Origin: an uncultured Candidatus Saccharibacteria bacterium
Lineage (GTDB): Bacteria; Patescibacteriota; Minisyncoccia; Phycocordibacterales; DSPV01
DNA: 64,000 nucleotides
Direction: 5' to 3'
Assembly (NCBI GenBank): GCA_964616075.1
Contig: CAZTRA010000003.1
Span: 26,075-90,074 of the forward strand
The notes beneath the pieces were generated by a model. It did no database searches and was not told the DNA's origin. It was given only the letters and a program-made list of their open reading frames with translations. This document shows positions 19,559 to 28,935 of the stretch, piece after piece (position 1 is the first letter of the stretch; every line of letters begins with the position of its first letter). Position numbers and translations under genes: made by a program.

Positions 19559-20776
19559 TCAAATTGCGTTGACTAACGAATACGTCGGCATAATCATCGC
19601 GAGCGCAAAAAACCCAACAGCTGCTCCGATAAAAATCATAAGGAATGGCTCAATAATCGAGGAAAGGTCTTTCGTTTTCTGGTCAACTTCATTCTCATAA
19701 AATGTTGCAACACCTTCAAGCATCTCCCCAAGTTTTCCTGTTTCTTCACCAATTGAAACCATCTCACCAACCAAAGGTGGATACAATTTTTCGTTTGCCT
19801 CAAAAATTGCCGCGATCGGATCACCTTTTTTAATGGCGTCTTTAGCGCTACTTAATATCTTTTTAAAGAAAATATTTTGTACAACATTTTCAGTAATCTC
19901 CATAGAAAGAACTACATCAACCCCCGCCGAAAGGAGTGAAGAAAGAGTGCGTGCGGTACGCGCAGCATTTGTTTCTTTTATTAGTACACCAATAATTGGT
20001 ATCTTTAGTAAAGCAAAATCAAAAAAACGTTTAGTTACCTTTGCTTTCGTCCCAACATACATACCAACACCAAGCAGAATCACTCCCAAAATAAAGATGA
20101 TCGTCTGTTCGCGTAAAAAATCAGAAATACCAATAATAAGCCTCGTCATCCACGGCAATTCAACATTTAATTCTTTAAACGTGGCTGTTAATGTTGGCAC
20201 AACAAACACAAGCATCAACACACCAATGAGTATCATTAAAAACATGATAACTGCCGGATACATAAGAGCCCCTCGCACTTTTTTTTGTAGTAAATACACT
20301 GCGTTCATCTGATCACTCACATTCCTGAGAGATTTAGACAAGGTACCACTCTCTTCACCGGCACGAACCATAGAAACAAAAAGGTTATTAAATACATTTG
20401 GATACTCAGCGAGCGCATCCGAAAGAGTTTTACCCTGCTTCACACGCATATTCACCTCTACCACAATGCGATTAAAACGTACCTGTCGAATTTGTCGCTC
20501 CATAACAGTCAGTGCTCGTGAAAGCGGCAATCCAGCATCCAACATGGCCCCAAGGTTACGGGCAAACACAATACGTTCGTGTAACGGAACACCGCCAAAA
20601 CGAGAAAGAATCCCTTTCAATGAAAATCGCGCGTTACTTTCAACTTCCTCAACTGAAGTTACCGCGACACCTTCCGTACGCAAACTCCGATACAATGCAA
20701 ACTTATCAATAGCCTCGCGAGTTCCTGTCGCGGCCGACCCATCACTATTTTTCCCTTTGTATATAAATTGTGGCAT
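19559..20776 (-). CDS. pilC: Type IV pilus platform protein PilC/GspF
   Basis: AGEESG.L, ALMYP, IGEETG.L, IIEP motifs. Confidence 0.95.
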   Translation of the reverse strand: MPQFIYKGKNSDGSAATGTREAIDKFALYRSLRTEGVAVTSVEEVESNARFSLKGILSRFGGVPLHERIVFARNLGAMLDAGLPLSRALTVMERQIRQVRFNRIVVEVNMRVKQGKTLSDALAEYPNVFNNLFVSMVRAGEESGTLSKSLRNVSDQMNAVYLLQKKVRGALMYPAVIMFLMILIGVLMLVFVVPTLTATFKELNVELPWMTRLIIGISDFLREQTIIFILGVILLGVGMYVGTKAKVTKRFFDFALLKIPIIGVLIKETNAARTARTLSSLLSAGVDVVLSMEITENVVQNIFFKKILSSAKDAIKKGDPIAAIFEANEKLYPPLVGEMVSIGEETGKLGEMLEGVATFYENEVDQKTKDLSSIIEPFLMIFIGAAVGFFALAMIMPTYSLVNAI

Positions 20777-20781
20777 GTATA

Positions 20782-22542
20782 TTACTCAGACACAACGCGA
20801 AGCACTTCTTCAATCGATGTAATACCTTGCGCGGCAAGAAAAATACCATCTTCAATCATCGTCAGCATACCTTCTGACTTGGCTTGTTTTTCAAGGTCCG
20901 CTGTTTGTGCACCACGAATAATAAGCTCTTTGATTGCGGGAGATACCTTCAATACTTCGTGGATACCCGTACGTCCCGCGTACCCATCTTCGGCCTTAGG
21001 TGACGGTTTTGGTTTAAAGAACGTAATGTCAGTCCAGTCAGCATTTTTCTCAACAACCTTTTCCGCTTTCAATGCAGCCATTACCCGATCAAGTTCAACA
21101 GACTTGCGAAGTGATGCTACATCATCTTTTGTTAATTTATATGGCTCCTTTGGGTCTGAGAGGTGACGCACCAAACGCTGACCAATCACTACCTTCAGAG
21201 TAGAGACCAACAAAAATGGCTCAACTTTCATATCAACCAAGCGAGCAACGGCTCCAGCTGCTGAATTAGTATGTAACGTTGAAAGTACTAAGTGACCAGT
21301 GAGTGACGCATTTACAGCAAGAGATGCGGTCTCATTGTCACGAATTTCACCAACCATAATAATGTCTGGGTCTTGACGCAACAAAGAACGTAATCCGTTC
21401 GCAAACGTGAAGCCAATCTCGGGCTTCACCTGTGTTTGATTGATACGTTTCATCTGATACTCAACCGGATCTTCGATTGTGGAAATGTTAACGTCTGGTG
21501 TATTCACAATATCAAGCAACGTATAGAGCGTAGTTGTTTTACCACTTCCTGTAGGACCAGTAGTCAACAACATACCTGTGGTTTGTTTTGTTGCCTGATG
21601 GAGTGACTCCAAAGCATCCCCATGAAACCCGAGACCTTCTAACGTGTATCCAGAGACACTCTCACGCAATAAACGCATGACAATCTTTTCACCGTAATAA
21701 ATCGGTAATACTGAAACGCGAAATGATACCTTCTCTGTCTCGGTCTCAACACGAAACCGTCCGTCTTGCGGCAGACGTTTCTCATCAAGCTTCAAGTTTG
21801 CAAGTACTTTAATACGTGCCGCAATTGATGAACTACTCGATTTGGGCAACACCATAGTGTCATGCAACATACCATCGATACGATAACGAACTACCACCTC
21901 CTTCTCCATCGGTTCAATATGAATATCAGACACATTCTGTAAAATGGCATGTTTAAGCAACGTATCCACAATGCGCACCACTGGCAGATCCTCTGCCATT
22001 TTCTTCAAATCACTCTCGGACTCGGCTGCAGATTCCCCATCTTCTGAGAGCGAAACTGCTTTTAATGATGCTGTTTCCTTTTCGATAATATCTCCGAATT
22101 CAGCCTTGAGTGACTTTTGATATTGAAGGAGACACGATTTAATTGATTCAACATTCGTAAGCCGAGGCAACACTTTCAAACCAACTTTTTTCTTAATAAA
22201 ATCAACAGCCGACAAATCATCCGTATCGAGCATCGCCGCTTCAAGTGTTCTATCACCACGTTTATATGCCACAACATTGTGAGTACGCGCGATCGGCTCA
22301 GGAATTAATGAGAGCACATCAAAATCAATTTTCTGACCAGAAAGATCAACAAACGGAATACCGAGCACATATGCTTGCATCCGACGCCAATCATCTTCTG
22401 TTAATTTTCCATTAGTCACCAGAACATCGCCAGGTGATTTCTTCTTTTTTTCAGCCTCCAACTCAGCCTTCTCATAATCTTCTTTTGAGACGAGGCCCGA
22501 ATCAAGAACAAAGGCTTTTAATTGCGATTTTTCAATATACAT
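20782..22542 (-). CDS. pilB: Type IV pilus assembly ATPase PilB/GspE
   Basis: SDIHIEP, RLPQDGR, GPTGSGKTT, TIEDPVE, LRQDPD, TGHLVLSTLH. Confidence 0.96.
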   Translation of the reverse strand: MYIEKSQLKAFVLDSGLVSKEDYEKAELEAEKKKKSPGDVLVTNGKLTEDDWRRMQAYVLGIPFVDLSGQKIDFDVLSLIPEPIARTHNVVAYKRGDRTLEAAMLDTDDLSAVDFIKKKVGLKVLPRLTNVESIKSCLLQYQKSLKAEFGDIIEKETASLKAVSLSEDGESAAESESDLKKMAEDLPVVRIVDTLLKHAILQNVSDIHIEPMEKEVVVRYRIDGMLHDTMVLPKSSSSSIAARIKVLANLKLDEKRLPQDGRFRVETETEKVSFRVSVLPIYYGEKIVMRLLRESVSGYTLEGLGFHGDALESLHQATKQTTGMLLTTGPTGSGKTTTLYTLLDIVNTPDVNISTIEDPVEYQMKRINQTQVKPEIGFTFANGLRSLLRQDPDIIMVGEIRDNETASLAVNASLTGHLVLSTLHTNSAAGAVARLVDMKVEPFLLVSTLKVVIGQRLVRHLSDPKEPYKLTKDDVASLRKSVELDRVMAALKAEKVVEKNADWTDITFFKPKPSPKAEDGYAGRTGIHEVLKVSPAIKELIIRGAQTADLEKQAKSEGMLTMIEDGIFLAAQGITSIEEVLRVVSE

Positions 22543-22929
22543 AATAGAGCAGTAGTGTCTCTATTATAGCAAGCAAACATCATACCTTGTTGTTGTGATG
22601 TGGAAGAACATATCTTATCGACTTCTAAATACTTTAATAACCACGTAGATAACTATAGACCATAAAATTTCGTGTATTAATTTTTATCAATTATGTAAAA
22701 ACAAATTAAACACCTCGTATAAAATAATCCACCAAATATCCATCATAAAAATAGTGTTGCAGGTTTCATACAAATATCCACCACAACATATATATAAAAA
22801 GGAGGAGCTCTACACAGAGCGCTTTAATAAATTAAACATATCATTGATTTTTATTTATTTTTAGACTATTATCATAGTAGAATCCTGAAAATAGACGCTC
22901 GGTACCCGCGACGCGGATTACCACTTAGA

Positions 22930-22950
22930 GCTCTTTGAAAACGAAAGGAA
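22930..22950 (+). promoter_or_regulatory. boxA-like element and Shine-Dalgarno upstream of orphan gene
   Basis: GCTCTTTGAAAAC (22930-22942) followed by GAAAGGA just before the GTG. Confidence 0.45.
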
Positions 22951-22954
22951 AAAC

Positions 22955-23956
22955 GTGAAAATGTTACTTGTTGTAGCAATTATCTCCTGCATGTGGAGGA
23001 GTATCGCTGCGGATGGTCGTTTTCATGCGACCACCTTAAGTGTGGGAATACCCTCTCTGCCCATCGGATCCATGGAGGAGGTGCTAGTCAATGCAACCAA
23101 TACGGTGAACAGTTTTGGACTCTTCGTTGAAACCGAAGATCCGAACAGCTATACCGGCTGGAGGCAATACGATCAGCTCTCTACCCCGTGGGACAAAAAG
23201 CAACCCCTTGGCATTGCCCTTGAAGCAAAACTCAAGACTTGGCTCACCTCAAAAGTGAGTCGGATGGTTGCCAAAAATCCAGGAAACCCGACCGCCACAC
23301 GGTTTCGTGCATACGCACGTTGTGTGTATGGTCTCTCGGGAACAAACTCTCACTTGTGGATCAAACAATTCCAAACGCAAAACGAGTTCCATCTCGTAAG
23401 AAATGGAACTAGCTACTCAGTCCCGCCGGAAGCGTATAGTGCCAAAAACCTTGTATACTTCCCCGAAGTCTGGGGTCAGGTGCACCTCCACGTTCCCAAC
23501 ATCGCATGGGCGGTATTAAAAACCCCTAATGAGATAAAGGACACGCGAGATAGCCAAGGATATCACCACTATGGGGCATTTAGTGTGCCCTTTAATCCTC
23601 CGGATAATCACTTACTCTTCATTCCAGCAAACATTGTTGGGACTGAAGGAACGCTCACCATCGGCTATACTGACGGAGTCGAGCAGGTCTTTGACCTCTC
23701 GACTGGCAGGCAAGCGGGAGAGATTCTTCTCTCCGTCCGGCTCTTACCCGAGTCAATAATTGTCTCCCTCAAAGGAGGCGCGATGCAGGCTGTTCGCCTG
23801 CAAAGTACTACGAACTTCGTAACCTGGGAGACGTTGGTCGACATAGTCGACTACACGGGGGGTGCTTACCTCCTCATAGAGAATAGCGACCCCTACAGGT
23901 TCTTCCGGGTCACCTTTGATGACAAATCACTATTGCGTTTAAAAAACGCACCGTAG
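22955..23956 (+). CDS. Hypothetical secreted protein with LQSTTNFVTW...RFFRV C-terminal module
   Basis: Signal peptide (SIA|A), 333-aa ORF, SD site, own terminator. Confidence 0.85.
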   Translation: MKMLLVVAIISCMWRSIAADGRFHATTLSVGIPSLPIGSMEEVLVNATNTVNSFGLFVETEDPNSYTGWRQYDQLSTPWDKKQPLGIALEAKLKTWLTSKVSRMVAKNPGNPTATRFRAYARCVYGLSGTNSHLWIKQFQTQNEFHLVRNGTSYSVPPEAYSAKNLVYFPEVWGQVHLHVPNIAWAVLKTPNEIKDTRDSQGYHHYGAFSVPFNPPDNHLLFIPANIVGTEGTLTIGYTDGVEQVFDLSTGRQAGEILLSVRLLPESIIVSLKGGAMQAVRLQSTTNFVTWETLVDIVDYTGGAYLLIENSDPYRFFRVTFDDKSLLRLKNAP

Positions 23957-23966
23957 AGACGAAACA

Positions 23967-24004
23967 CACACGCATGACTCCCAGAAGTCATGCGTGTTTT
24001 ATTT
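23967..24004 (+). terminator. Terminator
   Basis: ACACGCATGACT...AGTCATGCGTGT followed by TTT. Confidence 0.75.
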
Positions 24005-24005
24005 A

Positions 24006-24040
24006 CAAAACAAGCCTCCCTACAGGAGGGGGCTTGTTTT
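24006..24040 (-). terminator. Terminator after giant surface protein
   Basis: AAAACAAGCCTCCC...GGGGGCTTGTTTT. Confidence 0.7.
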
Positions 24041-27000
24041 TAAAACTCCTCAAAAATACTATTAATCGTCATATTCGCAATTGCTGAACACTCAACTGTA
24101 GCGGTACTTGTACCATACGATATCCGCACGCGAGCTGTTTTTCCTCCTAAACTCTTGTAAACGTAGCGAATATGATTGCACTCGTACGTACCACACGTAC
24201 CCATAGTACCTGAGCCACTCAACTCATCGCTCCCCGTCCAAGTAAAACCAAACGACCCGCCACCAAATAATGGTACATCTGGTGTAGTTGAAGCAACCCA
24301 ATACATTGGCTGACCCACCTTAATACTGCGCAGTGGCGCACCATTCCCCTCAGGATTATCATACGGTTTACAGGAAACACCACCGATACCTGAAAGCGGT
24401 ATTATAACTGTCGCAAGAGGCGCTTGAAATCCTGACAAATCATCACACTGCAGTGCAAACTGATAACACGCCTGTGCCCCATTGCAAGTACTCGTGCTCC
24501 TAATCGCTTGATCAAAAAGTAACGGCTGAGTAGTGTAGCAGCGTGACGCAGTATCAACCACTTTTGAACTCATCCAAGTGGAACCAGGCAACGCACTATC
24601 CCCAGAACTGCTGACACCTACACAACTTTGTACATTTGCTCCCGTCCACAAAATACGCGCGCGGCTATAAATATCAACCGAGTCACTGGTACCCGTTTTA
24701 TAGGCCGACCCATCTACACAACCAGATACCATAGCGGTTGGTGCTGCTTTGATTGTAATTTGTGGCTTAGGCAGACACTGTGTCGGACTAACCGGATTAT
24801 CAGGTACGCTTGTTGCCGGATTACACTGATACTGACACTTAGGCGCACCACATGTGCCCACGAGTGTTTTAGTGACACTACTTGTTAAACCGGCTGAATC
24901 ACCCGAGCACAATATCTTATCTGTCTCTACCCATCCCACAGAATCAATACATTGTGGAATTTGCGTATCGACATTCAATGCGAATGATGTTGACTTCTTT
25001 AACCCAACAGAATTATCTCCCTGTACTAACACGGTATACTGACCAACCGGTGTTGCAAGAAGCGACACAATTGAAAGCGCTGAAGTAGTAGTCGCTTCGG
25101 TTAATGAAGTTGGTATAAACGTCCGTGCGCCGTACTGAGTATCTTTAACATCAGGGTCAGATTGATTTGGCCCTTGTGCAATTGCAATAATCGAAAGATC
25201 AGCCTCGCAACTCAACGTGTTATTACATTTAAATGAATTTGATGAGAGTTTGGTGTAATTACCAGCACCACACGCATAACTCATCGCTTCAGCATCAATC
25301 CACTGACTAACAGTCCAATTAAAACACATCGGATTATCATAACGAGCACATTCAGTCCACGTATCTACGCTACCACGAGTAGTTGGTGCCTCATAACCTG
25401 GCGCTGATCCGCACGCAAACAAGGCTGTATCATACTGAATATTTCCAGGCCATAAATCAACATTCTTATCACAATAATAGGTACTTGGAGGACCACCAGA
25501 GGATACAAAATTTAGAGACACCGTATTATTTACCGTATCTCCCGGATTGATTGAAACACTACTATTAAGTGTACTGATATTAAAATCACAGATCGGAATA
25601 GTTGCATTCTCCGGAGACACCCCCATAAAATCAATCCACCCGATTACGTTACCACCCCAGGCATAACCTACCAGCGTACCCGTTGTATTGTTATATGTCA
25701 CACCACCTGCTCCGCTCATGTTTGGACTTGGATGATTCACGCCAGACAACTTGATCCATCCGGTATAATGCCCTGAACCCCCATTTAAAGCACGCGCCCA
25801 TCCAGTTACCGCACCAGTTGTCACGTTCACTACTGGCGGAGTACACGGCGCTTCAGGACACGACGAGAGGTCTATAGTTGCATCGCCGTCAGCCTGACTA
25901 CTCGGGAAATAGATCCATCCGACGTGTCCTCCCCAGACGTAACCGCGCAAACTCGAACCAACAAATTGTAGTCCATACGAAGCGGTACCGCACTCGCCAA
26001 GATTTCTACAATTGAAACTCATCCATCCAGCATGACCCTGATCAGACCACCCCCATCCAGTCAAATCTCCCGAAAGAACTTGTGTATCAAATGTTGCGGT
26101 CACATTTTTTGCACTATTCACAAACACCGTACATATTCTTCCAGACGTGCTAGTGCACCCGCTCCAGGTCACTCCGTTCCCAGGAGCAGGATTAGCGGTC
26201 AATTGTACTGTTGAACTTGAGGCGTATGCATACGTACACGTACTGCCACAAGTGATACCCGATGGATTACTTGTAACAGTACTCCCCGCTGCGGCTGCAC
26301 CTGCTTTGTTAACCGTAACATTGTATTGAATCGTCGAGAATGAAGCGGTCACAGTCTTCGGACTCGTCATTGAAACTGTACACGTTGTCCCTGTTGCAGA
26401 TGTACAACCTGTCCATCCAAGATAATAACCAGAAGCAGGTGTCGCGGTGAGAGTTACTGAACGACCGCTATCATACTTTCCCGTATCAAACCCACACCCA
26501 GATAGACAATTAATACCATCAGAAAAACCTGTCACCGGAGTACTCACCACACCACTTGAAAATGCCCCGAGTCCTGTCTTCATAAGAGTTAACACGTGTC
26601 CGTAATTAGCAGTAACATTCGTATCAGATGTCACTGTAAAACTACATGTCGTTAAAGATGAAGTATCGCACGCTGCGGCAGAACCTGTTGCTGACCAATA
26701 ACGGAACCAAGAGCCAGGAGTAGAGGACGCAACCATCACAGAGGTATTATTCTTGGTGTAAAAGAAAGAACAAATAGAACCCCCATCACCACAATTAATC
26801 CTTGAAAAACCATAGTACGTATCTAAAATCCGACCACTACTTGCCGCATCATTTGTCGCTGTAACCGTAAAACTGGTTGGTATTACGACAATACTAATTG
26901 AAAAATTTCCTGTCACCCCTGCTACAAACGTAGTTGCTTCTGCCGTATATGTACCAGGAGGGAGGGAGCGATTGATCAGCGAATCATTTGCCGGAACACC

Positions 27001-28656
27001 GCCACCACTATCATCGTTAGTCTCGATAATAGAGCCGCTTGGTGTTGACCCACTCAACAGGTGCAAATAATCATCAACAGATGAAAACAGGCGAATAATC
27101 ACCGTGGAAGTTGCAGCGACGTTAAAAGTAAAGAATTTTGCATAGTGTACTCCCGCAGTTCTCGGGTGGGTTGCAGCACACCCTACCTGCCATGTTCCTG
27201 TTGTAGTGGCACTCGGCGTTACAGTCGTCTGACAACTTGCCACGTCAAAGTTCGCGGTCACCGTACGACTAGCATTAAAGCCATTAATGGTACAACGGTT
27301 TCCACTGACAGACGGGCAATTATTCCAATTCACAAATACATAGCCACTCGCCGGCGTAGCGGTCAAAACAATATTTGTTCCATATGTGTAGATTTCAGAA
27401 CAATCAACCCCACATGAAATACCCGCAGGGGAACTTGTAATAGAGCTTGATCCATACACTCCCCCGTGTACGACTGTGAGGGTATACACCGCATTAAAAT
27501 TTGCCGTAACATTAACTGGTCCATTCACGTTGATATAACAAAGATTACCACTTGAAGAAGGACATCCAGACCATCCAGCAAATTGATATCCTGAAGACGG
27601 CGTAGCGGTCAAAGTTACATTGGTCCCATACACATACCCCTCGCTACAATCAACGCCACAAGATATACCTGCCAAAGAGCTTGTAATCGTGCCACCTCCG
27701 CCGTTCGTCACACTTACGGTATACAGCACATCAAAGTTTGCCGTCACGGTCCGGTTCGCATTGATATTCACAGTACACGTATTGCCACTTGCCGAAGGAC
27801 AATTGGTCCATGAGGAAAAGTCGTACCCTGAAGCTTCGTTTGCGGTAAGTGTGACGTTTGTGCCATATAGATACGACTCAGAACAATCAACCCCACATGA
27901 AATACCCGCAGGGGAACTTGTGACACTACTTGCGCCGTAACTGCCAGCACGCATGGCGGTGAGGGTGTAATACACTGGCTCATCAACAAAGTTTGCCGTC
28001 ACAGTCTGGTTCGCATTGATATTCACAGTACACGTATTGCCACTTGCCGAAGGACAATTGGTCCATGAGGAAAAGTCGTACCCTGAAGCTTCGTTTGCGG
28101 TAAGTGTGACGTTTGTGCCATACGCATAACCCTCAGAACAGTCGCTACCGCAAGAGATTCCGACAGGAACACTTGCAACACTACTTGCGCCGTAACTGCC
28201 AGCACGCGCAGCAGTAAGGGTATAGTAAAGAATCACAAAACTTGCAGAAAAAGAAACATCGTTTGAGATGGTAAAGGTACAATTCGCTGATGTCGAAAGG
28301 TTACACGGCGAAGGAGTTGAGGCAGACCACCGATTAAAAGCATACCCCGTGGCAGGAGTCGCCTGTACTGTTACAGATGCGAGCTCTGGATAATCTGCAA
28401 TACACACTGAGGCACCATTGCCACAATTCATAGCCGGACTACCAGATGGAGATGTCGTGACTTTACCAGTCGATACACCACTTGAAATAAAAACGTTCAT
28501 TCTATAAGACGCAGCATGAACAACATACCCACCTAAAATTAAAACAGCAGCCATACTAAAGATAAGAAGTGCTGTTCTGAAAGAAGAGATATTAAGCAAA
28601 AAAAACCTAAATACTCTTTGTTTTTTAGATACCTCTCTTGAAGTGAATGTTTCCAT
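24040..28656 (-). CDS. Giant Cys-rich surface protein/adhesin with InlB B-repeat-like units, a PPC-like domain and a CPR Trp/Gly domain
   Basis: N-terminal TM; about 8 repeats of S.P.GI.CG..C...Y..GT.VTLTA....GY.F..W..C....C.V......VTA.F; ETNDDSG...LPPGTY; GWGWS/GYAWG/GWIDF motifs. Confidence 0.9.
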   Translation of the reverse strand: METFTSREVSKKQRVFRFFLLNISSFRTALLIFSMAAVLILGGYVVHAASYRMNVFISSGVSTGKVTTSPSGSPAMNCGNGASVCIADYPELASVTVQATPATGYAFNRWSASTPSPCNLSTSANCTFTISNDVSFSASFVILYYTLTAARAGSYGASSVASVPVGISCGSDCSEGYAYGTNVTLTANEASGYDFSSWTNCPSASGNTCTVNINANQTVTANFVDEPVYYTLTAMRAGSYGASSVTSSPAGISCGVDCSESYLYGTNVTLTANEASGYDFSSWTNCPSASGNTCTVNINANRTVTANFDVLYTVSVTNGGGGTITSSLAGISCGVDCSEGYVYGTNVTLTATPSSGYQFAGWSGCPSSSGNLCYINVNGPVNVTANFNAVYTLTVVHGGVYGSSSITSSPAGISCGVDCSEIYTYGTNIVLTATPASGYVFVNWNNCPSVSGNRCTINGFNASRTVTANFDVASCQTTVTPSATTTGTWQVGCAATHPRTAGVHYAKFFTFNVAATSTVIIRLFSSVDDYLHLLSGSTPSGSIIETNDDSGGGVPANDSLINRSLPPGTYTAEATTFVAGVTGNFSISIVVIPTSFTVTATNDAASSGRILDTYYGFSRINCGDGGSICSFFYTKNNTSVMVASSTPGSWFRYWSATGSAAACDTSSLTTCSFTVTSDTNVTANYGHVLTLMKTGLGAFSSGVVSTPVTGFSDGINCLSGCGFDTGKYDSGRSVTLTATPASGYYLGWTGCTSATGTTCTVSMTSPKTVTASFSTIQYNVTVNKAGAAAAGSTVTSNPSGITCGSTCTYAYASSSTVQLTANPAPGNGVTWSGCTSTSGRICTVFVNSAKNVTATFDTQVLSGDLTGWGWSDQGHAGWMSFNCRNLGECGTASYGLQFVGSSLRGYVWGGHVGWIYFPSSQADGDATIDLSSCPEAPCTPPVVNVTTGAVTGWARALNGGSGHYTGWIKLSGVNHPSPNMSGAGGVTYNNTTGTLVGYAWGGNVIGWIDFMGVSPENATIPICDFNISTLNSSVSINPGDTVNNTVSLNFVSSGGPPSTYYCDKNVDLWPGNIQYDTALFACGSAPGYEAPTTRGSVDTWTECARYDNPMCFNWTVSQWIDAEAMSYACGAGNYTKLSSNSFKCNNTLSCEADLSIIAIAQGPNQSDPDVKDTQYGARTFIPTSLTEATTTSALSIVSLLATPVGQYTVLVQGDNSVGLKKSTSFALNVDTQIPQCIDSVGWVETDKILCSGDSAGLTSSVTKTLVGTCGAPKCQYQCNPATSVPDNPVSPTQCLPKPQITIKAAPTAMVSGCVDGSAYKTGTSDSVDIYSRARILWTGANVQSCVGVSSSGDSALPGSTWMSSKVVDTASRCYTTQPLLFDQAIRSTSTCNGAQACYQFALQCDDLSGFQAPLATVIIPLSGIGGVSCKPYDNPEGNGAPLRSIKVGQPMYWVASTTPDVPLFGGGSFGFTWTGSDELSGSGTMGTCGTYECNHIRYVYKSLGGKTARVRISYGTSTATVECSAIANMTINSIFEEF
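27732..28207. repeat. Intragenic direct repeat, 255-bp period
   Basis: 27732-27867 vs 27987-28122 differ at only 2 positions; 27923-27952 = 28178-28207; also 27395-27438 = 27878-27921. Confidence 0.92.
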
Positions 28657-28829
28657 GATTGTATATTAGTGAGCACATGTTGACTGGTTGAAACCACCGC
28701 CAAATCAAAATCGCGCACCTGTACCTCGCTTCAGTGTACAGCTTCATGCGCAACACCTCAATACAAAGAATAGTTATAGCGTGGATAAAATAATCCTCAT
28801 ACAATAAAAATCTATTACACACCAAATTA

Positions 28830-28896
28830 TTGACAAAAAATCATTTAGGTGTATCGTAGTACTGAATGTTCGCTCGTGGGAGCGGGCTCTTTTTTT
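28830..28896 (+). promoter_or_regulatory. nusA promoter and leader terminator/attenuator
   Basis: TTGACA-16 nt-TATCGT then hairpin GTTCGCTC-GTGG-GAGCGGGC plus TCTTTTTTT, 40 nt before the ATG. Confidence 0.7.
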
Positions 28897-28935
28897 ACCC
28901 AAACCGGTTATTACAATTTCATAGCGCTTAAAAAT

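Noticed and set aside
27395-28207. Repeats as CRISPR array or DGR TR/VR pair
   Set aside because: In-frame coding repeats with no spacers, only 2 mismatches in the longest block, and no cas or reverse transcriptase gene in the window
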